64,000 bases of DNA from Daphnia carinata. Its lineage: Eukaryota. Below, in pieces: positions 55,329 through 64,000 of this stretch. The notes under the pieces were generated by a model. It did no database searches. It saw nothing but the letters and a program-made list of their open reading frames with translations, and had not been told where the DNA came from. Position 1 is the stretch's first letter, and each line of letters begins with the position of its first letter. The position numbers were made by a program, and so were the translations under genes. The DNA lies in contig NC_081333.1 of NCBI RefSeq assembly GCF_022539665.2, positions 2,356,001-2,420,000 on the forward strand. Direction: 5' to 3'.

Positions 55329-55915
55329 CAAAACTGTTAAACTTTCATTTTTTAAAGATTTAATCCTAAGAAGGATATACGGTTTTTAATTGAACCATGT
55401 GCAATGCAGTATGTTTTGGGTGTATGTTTTTTTTTTCGCCCGCAACAAAAGGTGTCCGTTTTAATTATGAGTGCCAAGTTGGCCTTCTGCTAAGGTTTCA
55501 TAAAGCACTTTCGGCAATTGAATACATCTCTTTTCTAAAATTTAAATCGCATTGTTTTAAAGCTTAACAACGCATTTCATTGGTTCATTGCTAGCTGGAT
55601 GCTTGCTATAAATGGACTCACGATAAATTGAGTGTCATTCCCCTAAGTTAAAGGAAACCAGACAAATTAGCTAACCCCTGACAGGAGAAACCGCTGTAAC
55701 TCGTTTGTATGTCGTTTGAATTTTTAATCTGCATACTGCCTTAGTCAACAACAGGTGGCACGATAAGCAACATTTTTTCTAGCAGTCGATGTTTGGATGA
55801 AGATAGCTGCCGGTGTCTTGTCTCGATCTCGTTGACGTTTCTAAAATATTTTAGCTGACGTAGACAGAAGTTAGCTTAATATTTTTTGCTAGAATTTTAA
55901 GCTGTAATTGCTATC

Positions 55916-56671
55916 ATGTCTAGTAGACCAACCAAGCCGGGTAGAAGTGAAGGGGCCGATTTTGAAAGGGTAGGTTATTCTTTTTAATAAATTATGTACT
56001 TTATAAACCAAAGTGTTCTACATGATGTGGTTGCATACTATTCCTAAAATTACAGGAACAGTTACTGGACGCTGTGTCTAATGACAGCGACGAAGATTTT
56101 GTGTTACGGTAAGATTTCTGTGAAATAATTTAAGGTTATTGCCACTTGTATCATTATAAATCTGCTTGCAGTAACAAAGTTGGGGAAAGTTCATCAGATA
56201 ACAAACTACGAGAGTAAGTTAGATACATGAGTGAAATGTATATTTTCTTGTTAAATTGCATTTTGTCTTTATCCAGTGTTAAATCTCAGGTGGAAGAAGT
56301 CACCAATGTTATGAAAGAAAATGTGCATAAATTGTTTGCCAGAGGAGACCAGTTAGATGATCTTAATGAGAGGTCTGAAAACCTAAGGAGTGCTTCCGAT
56401 GAATTTCATTCTGCCTCATCAAGGTAAATTTACCTTAAAACAGTTTTACTCTTTAAAGTTGCTTATTATTCCCCTTACACCTCAAACACTTTCAGATTAC
56501 GTAAAACTATGTGGTGGAAAGAAATGAGAACTCGACTCGCCCTAGGATCACTGTGCATCCTGGTTGTGCTGGTTATGATAAGTATGCCACAACTTAAACT
56601 CCAAAACAGTGTAATGAAATAAATACCAGCAATTTTTTTATGTAGTATGGCTAGCAGTCAAGTACCATTGA
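55916..56671 (+). CDS. VAMP4: Vesicle-associated membrane protein 4-like R-SNARE (135 aa)
   Basis: Exons 55916-55969, 56056-56108, 56172-56213, 56277-56423, 56496-56581, 56646-56671. N-terminal dileucine and acidic cluster (EREQLL..DSDEDF), SNARE motif with the zero-layer R (ARGDQL), MWWK, and a C-terminal TM. Confidence 0.88.
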
Positions 56672-58548
56672 TTCAAGAACAAGAAGACTACATGATAAAA
56701 AGCATATAAAATTTATCGGATTAGGCCAGACATTTCTATTTTTCTTGTCGTGTTTAAAAGATTCGTCAGCAGTATTACCACGTTCATGAGACCAATTCAG
56801 GGGTGTTGAAGGTCGTGCAAGATAGTCAGCTGAATGAATGATAGTTTAACGTTCATAATATTACTAAACCATTTATCGTTTTGTCAAACCAAGTGAGATT
56901 CATGTTTATTCGGAAAAAATTAAATTACGCGATTAAGGATTGAACACTTCCCATTGTATTTCACCTTTCATGAAGTATAAAATGATGAATACAGAACTGA
57001 TGGTATTCCATCCATGTCCGTGCATGTAACGTTCTATCCCCATACCACCGCATTCGCTCGTTCTGTTTGTTTTTTTTTGTTTCAATTGATAAATGTCGTG
57101 GTCGTTCAGTGTTGGGTATTTCGGTTCATTTAATATTTCCTACTGCGAAAAACACGACTGAATCTGGTATATCATCACATACATAGTTTTATGTACACAA
57201 TTGGAAATAAAAAATTTAAATAACAATCTGACGTTGATTATGTTTCCAAAAAAAAAGGAGAAACTCAAGAACATTATCTTGTAATCATTTCAGCTGTGGA
57301 TGAGCAAAGAACGGGTTTACGGAAACAAAAATTTTACTTGTAAATAATCGATAACAAACGTAAAGAGGTTGGGCTTTGGGTGAAAGAAGGCATGAAGCAT
57401 GCATTGGGGATGCTCAGACCACACCCCAGATTGGAATTGTGTCCCGTGGACCATATACAATGTGAACACACATCACGTCCAACTGATTCCCGTCGGGGAA
57501 TGAACGGCATTTTTCGGCAGTAATTATCTGTTACACAATTTCTTGTACTCGCCCCTTGTACACGAACGTTCATAAAAACTCCGGGTTTTCGCATGTGGAT
57601 GTGATGATGAATCTATCAATTGTCGAAAACGGGGACTGATTTTTTCTTGTCCACTTGATGGTTACACGGTCATCATTGTGTTTGATTTCGTAGCCAATAA
57701 ATAGATCTCTCGTTTGATACTGGAATGTCTTGACAAAAATTTACACAGCGTTATTTCAATTGTTTTGAATGGGAGGGGATACAATAAAAAACTACACAAT
57801 GCGTGAAAGAAAATTGTTCGACACGGATCATTTTTGAGATCGCGTAACATTTCGAAAAAACATATCACCCGCGCCTAGTGGAATCACCCGAATCAAAACA
57901 ATAACTGAACAACGTTAACGTGAGAGATCATTTGGGAATCAAAATGAACAAGTTTTTGGCTCTTTATTTTTATTTTTTGGCTTTTTCTTTTGGTTATTTT
58001 CTGATATTTTAAACTATCGTCGTAACGTGACTTTTGATAATCTGTTCAAAACTGTTTCGACACGAGGAGAAATGAAACGAATTCGACTAGTCGACGCAGA
58101 TGTAGGCTTTGGATATGAGAGACAATGAATATATGAAATGAAAACAGAAAGAAACATGACATCAAATGAGCTACCAAGTGATGGAAGACATATCGGTCAC
58201 GCCGTCAATCATCACTTTGCAGTTGTTGTTTTTTTTTTAATCATAAAAATTGATCAAAAAAGAGAAGAGATCGGAAGAGTTGAAATCTCAGGACTGAGAG
58301 AACAATGAACATCCTCGGCCATAAAAAAGAGTTTACACGTACACACAGTCACACAGCCAACAGTTTTGAGATTTTTGTCTTTTTTTTTATACACGGCCTT
58401 CCAAAAAGAAAAAACAACAAAGAAAATTTAATTAATAAATATTGAAAAAAAAGGATAGACAATAATACAATCAGACGCTTGTAACCCAATCGTCGACGCA
58501 CAGGGTTTCGGTAGCCCAGTGTGGCGTGTCCGGTTGGGTGATCGGATG

Positions 58549-61500
58549 TCAGGATCCTGGGCCGGCTTTCTCGTAGTGTCGGGTAAGGCTGACGGTAACC
58601 GAACTGAATTTGGCCTTCTTGTTCTCTTTTGGGCGTGGCTTGTACGGCCGTCCATTAGCAGTGTACCGTCGCGAATGATAATAGCGACGCACAAGAAAGG
58701 CGGCCACGAGGCCGGTTGTCAGTGACAGTAAAATGACGACCAGTCCAACGTAGAGCGGCCAGAAAACGAGCCGGATGCATTGCTGTTCATCCGATCCATC
58801 AGGACAATCTTCTCGATCATCGCACCAAAGATCGGAGCTCAAACAAGCCCCCAAAGCTGGACACCCTGTGCGGCAGACCATTTGACTAGCATTCCCATGA
58901 GCAGACTGACGGGCAGCGAAAGACAGCGACTTGCTGCCGACATCCTTGTAGACGGAGAGCCAAGTGACGATGAGCGGAGTTTCATCAGCGATGGGGATTC
59001 CCTGTAATGAAGCGACGACTAAGAGCCCATCGGACATCCAATTACGTTCTGCCCATCCGGCCGAGTAGAGATTGAGCGGCTGCTGGAACGCCTTGTCGGA
59101 ACTACTTAGCAAACTATTGCCGGCCATCAGGCAAACCTCGCGGTACAATTGAGTTTTCCCCTCGGTGATGGAGTAGATGAACAGCCGATTATTAGTCAGA
59201 CACTCTTCCGCGTTGTTGGTGATGGCCGCCTGGCCAGCCGGGAAGACGAGGATGGTGTAGCCGCCGCGCGGCGCCTGTATGTGCCACGGGATGCTGTGCC
59301 GGACGCAGCGATCGCGGGGATCAATGCGGAGGGTCCCGCGTTTGCCCGACTGCTGATGCGTGTCCCAGCAGAGCGGATCGATGCCGCCCGAGAAGGAATA
59401 TTCGGCCACGAAGTAGAAGTGATCGTCGTCCTGGGCCCAGTTCATGTCGCGGACCTCGAAAATCAGTTCCAGGGAAGAGGCGGCGCTCTGGAGGACGACC
59501 GGATTGTTGCCGGACAAGGAGCGGCACGTGTGGTAGGAGCGTCGACGGACCCGGCCACCCCAGAAGACCTCGTCCACGCTAAGGCACGCCTGGCAGCCGC
59601 TCTGATTGAAGCGGGCGCAGCCCGTCGAGTGGAACGGGTTGATCGTCAGATGAGTGTGTTCACCTTTGCCGGCCTGTTTGGTTTAAAAAAAATAATTATC
59701 ATTATTACGATTGTTAAACGTCATGTCTTTGAAGCACGTTCAATTGTTTATAATTAAATTGTCCCGCTGTAAGAAACGTTACGTCTCGTTTAGGTATGTG
59801 CGTAACGAATCAAAGGGGGGGGGTTCTAACATGTACGTCATTTTCAAAAGAGCCGATGACATCGAACAGATTGAAGCCTTTCAAATGTTGATTATCCAAA
59901 TTTTGAATATTGATCTGGATGGAAAATTTTGTTTCTGCTAAATTCACTGGAGCTCGAATATAAATTGGTTGCGTCACCGGAGGCTGAAATTTTTACGCCC
60001 TCCGCTCGTGCACAGAAAACTTTCCCTTCAATGATTGATGTAGATATCTCATTGACCTTTATCCGTGCGAGACACTAATTGGTCCCTAAAATCAATACAG
60101 TTCCCGCACTCCCCCTCTCTGCTGGCTTCGTCTATTTCCGCCCTCCCTCGGCCACCCCACCTACTCCCCACCGTTGTCATCTAGAATATGTAAATTCATA
60201 CCTGAAAGCGATAGAGGCAGCGTAGGTGGCGGCTGCCTCCACGTCCGTACAGCAACGGATTGCGTGGGGAAGAAATGCTGCCATTTCCTTTGGCGCTTTC
60301 CAGCAGCTGGAAGCAATCGGGAGTCATCAACTGCGACGCTAAAAGCTGGTCGTCGTCATCTCCGGGCGTCGTCGACGTCGCTTCCGGCCATTCGGCTGGC
60401 GAGACGTCTTTGCCAACGAGCGGCTGCTTCGATGTGAACCGGTCGACTGTAATGAACTCGTAGCGGATGACGAAACTCCACGGATGGATGGCCGTTCCGG
60501 TGGCCAAGTCTTGCCGGATGGTGAAGCGAGGACTTCGCGACAGGTAACTCTCGCCATCTTGCCAGCGGCAAGGTTTATAAGCTGTCGATGCATTGGCATG
60601 GACCAGCGCGTGTGGGCAAATGCGCGGCTGGATGTCAGCTCCGCACTGGCGGAACACTAATTCCTGTCCGTCTGTCAGCGTCAGGCAGTCGCCATCTTCG
60701 CTGCCTTCGAGTCGGTACGAGAGGAAGGTCATCCACACTCTTTGGTCTTCCCGCCCGGTGAACTCGTAGGCGCAAGTCGTGTTGGGCGCCAGAGTCACAT
60801 CCGGACTGCGGATGATGCCCTGCCGCTGACTCCGCCGGCTGTTGGATCCCGAACTGGCGACGGCCAGCCGGCATTCCGGGTGGTAATGGCGCACCTGGCT
60901 GATGGGAGCGAAACGGACCCTGGCCGTCAATCGGAATCCCGGGCTGGCGCCGATCGGCGCCGGATTGAAAGGAGCGTCGTGCGGTTGACTGCGGAAGACG
61001 ACGAGGAGCTCTCCACCGGCGCCGGTGATGTGCGGCATATTGCCCGTGCCGCAGAGACGGGCCAAGAGCGGCGACTCGATTGTGGCTCCGTTGTAGATGG
61101 AGACGGTGTCGTCGACGTGCGGTCGGCAATCACGACCGCTCATCATCTTACGCTCCTTTTCACCGGCGTCTGAAGTGCGCACGGAGAAGGACTGGCCCGG
61201 CTCCGTTTGGACCAGCGATAGAAGGATCGTCTGGTTCTTGGGCGACCACGCTTGCCGGATGTAGTAGTAGCAAGTCACATTTCTGTACAAAGAGAAAACA
61301 AAAATAGTTTGCATATTTTGAATGTTTGCGCTTCTTTGCATTGGCATTTGCAATTGTCTCATTCCAATGAAAAGAAAGAAAAAAACCCAGAAAACTATAA
61401 GGGTTTTTTTTTCTATACCTAAAGGGAGCAAATAATTAAATAAATAATAATATCATTCCATCTGATTTTGTTTGTTTTTTTATTTCGGAAAGAGGTCCGG

Positions 61501-64000
61501 TAATGGAGAAATTCCTTCCTGTCGCTTCTCTAAATGTCAATTGTGGACGGATGGAAAGTGATCGACTCCAGAGGGGGGGGGGGAGTTCTTTCCTTCAATC
61601 GAATAACGGACAGCGGCCATTGTACAAATGACCGAGTCAACCTGACTATTCGTTGTGTAACTGTGTACTATATTTATTTTCAAAAAAGAAGAAAATAAAA
61701 AAAAAAACCACTGGCCAAAGAAAACCCCCCAGTGGATGGGAGAACAACTTCCTTTTCGTATTATACATCTATTATGGACGCCATCTTGCTATCCCTGAGA
61801 GATGGCCCAGCAGGAGGGGGCACATCCGCCTTGCTTCACACGTATCGATTTTTATATTTCTTCTTCGGCGCTACACCAACCACTTCTCTCTCTTTCCAAA
61901 CTCTCGTCTTTTTTTTTTTTTTTTTTTTTTTTTTACTATGCCCAATTCCATGCGCTTGCACTCTCGGCTATATTCGAATGGGTCTGACCCAGCTCCTTCC
62001 AACTCCACTAGGGGACTTATAAAAAAAGAAGAAAAGTTCCTCTTTATTATATTCCAAGAGTGTGTCCCCACTCTCTTTCTCTGCTTTTAGTTGTTTTTAA
62101 AAGAAGCAATCGTTACACACACACACACAGAGAAAGAGAGGAGAGAGACGTTTCAACAATGAAAGACACGGACGAGCTTGCATAATGAATGTTGGCCCTC
62201 AACCATGGGAACCTTGATAGTTGATGAAGCTCTAGCTAGATTGACATTCTTTGTATTATGAAATGCGTATAATTATTTAACTAGCGTAGGTTTTTTGTTA
62301 TGTTTCTGACGCACCAAAAGAGTTTGAGCTTCGCATAAAGTTTCTTTGGAGCTCTTGGCATAACGCATTTAATAAACAAGCGCTCAAATAAAGAAGAAGA
62401 AAAGTTGGGGTTGCCCTTCAACCCAAACTGTTTGAGACGATGTCCAGCTGCGAGGGATTCGACCATAAGAAAAAAAGAAAAAAAAAAAACATTTTCAAAT
62501 CAATGGAAGTAGAGTTTACTGTAACGAGAATGTCGGGAAACTACACGATCACGATGGCAAAGGTCGGCTATCCATCAAAGGAAGTCACTTTGGTGACGTC
62601 ATTCAATCTCTCACCGTTATATATATACAAAACACTGTTGGGCTTGTTCACGTTATTTGTTTCGTGTGCCATTTTGTGAAATATGGGTCATCTAGACTGT
62701 TTCAGTTGGCTCTCTATCTCTCCCACTGTCGCCTTCACACAGCTTTTTTGGATAACACATGTGCAAAAGGTCGAGCTCAGTATATATATATAAAAGCTTC
62801 GCCAAAGAAAGAGATTATCGATCGTGCAACCCACAGTATGTTGGAAGGAGATCTAGTCGGGGTGGTAAACAAGGGAGTTTGGTGAGTGGGGGAAAGGATG
62901 GCCTGACAATTCGCAGTTGCTCACGACGATCCATCATGAAGCAAAGACTCTCCCGCTAAGCGCGTGTGTGTGTGTGGGGGGGGGGGGGAGAGAACCACAC
63001 GGAATCACTAACAGTATCTACTTACGTATGCATAACATTCGTATAAGTGCGCCCATCTGGCAGCAATATGACGTTTGATAAATGGCAATCTCGTAATAAG
63101 AAACGATAAATGAAACGCCATCGCACGCAATTAAAAAAAAAATGGAAATAATAAATCAACTAGCTGGTCACTGATCATTTGAAAAAGCAAACGCAATAAA
63201 ATATAATAATGAATTTTAAAGTTTGGCTTTTTTTTCACGCTCTAAAGTTTCATTTTTTTGGAGGGATTGTTATTACCTCGGATAAAGGCCGGGAAAGTTG
63301 GGTGATTGTAGAATGCAGGTCCTTTGATCGCAGCTGTGCAAGTTGCGGGAACAGAGGGTGCCCGGCACGGGATCGCCGTACCAGAGGATGGCTGCTCCTC
63401 CTCCTCCGCTGCCGTTATTACCACCAGCCGCGCTGACGGCTGACGTCGAAGGTGAGAGGTTACCGACGTCGGAGCGGACGACCCTGTACGTCAGATCGAA
63501 ACGGAAGCGACTCAAATCCACGACGTCGCTGATGGTCAGCATCAGTTGGAGCCATTTACCGGCGCTTGTCGTTATCGGCTGACCCCTGCAGTGACGCGGA
63601 AGTGCGGGAAATAAAAGCGGTAAATTATGAATATCAATAATAAGCAAAAGCGGATGTTAAAGGAAAACGTGGAAAAGAGGGAGGGGAATATCGATCACAT
63701 ATCGGATCGATCGTCACGTGACGAGGGCAAAAGAAAAACATCAGAAAAAGGGGATAGATACATAAACAAGTTCGATATAGATGTGGAACACGAAGCCATT
63801 GAGTTACTGGTTTTCGAAGAAAAAAAAAAGGGACATGGACTGTCAGGGGTTTTACTTTTCCAAAGAATTTTTTTGAATGAAGGAAAAGGGGGGGGGGATA
63901 ATCCGTAAATGTATTTTTGGTTGTGTTACCATCCTTCTCCGCACCAGGCTCCGGTGATGACTTGATCGCCACCGTGAACAACATCCACATCGGCCGGAGT
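58549..64000 (-). CDS. Multi-CUB plus LDLa type I membrane protein (similar architecture to Drosophila Culd), 5' end outside the window
   Basis: Exons >64000-63930, 63585-63277, 61282-60202, 59673-58549. CUB motifs (LQSPNFPGLYPRNVTCYYYI, IYNG..LLARLCG, GSISSP..CLYRF), LDLa CLSSDLWCDDREDCPDGSDEQQC, TM LVFWPLYVGLVVILLSLTTGLVAAFLV, and a basic tail. Confidence 0.85.

Noticed and set aside
56770..56777. CAGTATTA miR-8 8mer in the VAMP4 3'UTR
   Set aside because: A single AT-rich 8-mer with no independent support.
58549..58551. UGA as selenocysteine, prompted by TRNAU1AP in the same window
   Set aside because: No redox-motif context and no SECIS identified by eye. Generic readthrough fits better, and the gene proximity is coincidental.
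59149..61307. Long + strand and alternative-frame ORFs (e.g. 59149-59757, 60742-61173, 60635-61129)
   Set aside because: Shadow ORFs of the GC-rich CUB/LDLa exons, with no independent motifs.
1..64000. CRISPR arrays, rRNA, intact tRNAs, operons, autonomous transposons
   Set aside because: None seen. The DNA is intron-containing and eukaryotic, with no regularly spaced repeats or RT/transposase ORFs.

Overview
AT-rich eukaryotic genomic DNA with many short (~60-110 nt) GT-AG introns. This looks like a compact arthropod genome, probably a branchiopod such as Daphnia (inference only). Spliced genes reconstructed by hand: an orphan secreted protein (-), CHTOP (-), TRNAU1AP/SECp43 (-), a tandem array of five small R4/B-type RGS genes (-, 22.7-42.8 kb), POMT1/rotated abdomen (+), VAMP4 (+), and the 3' part of a CUB+LDLa type I membrane protein (-, runs off the right edge). 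Two observations stand out. First, the CUB/LDLa gene has a candidate stop-codon readthrough cassette: UGA-C, a downstream hairpin, and a 25-aa extension ending in the PDZ ligand VTSV. Second, the five RGS paralogs have otherwise diverged flanks, but each keeps a TGCGCGCGC promoter element and a 3'UTR CUAGUCC motif (miR-279-family seed match), while exon 1 switches between coding, uORF and non-coding states. The 1-14.7 kb and 43-50 kb stretches show splice signals without long ORFs (UTR/lncRNA/pseudogene-like). No CRISPR, rRNA or intact transposon was seen.
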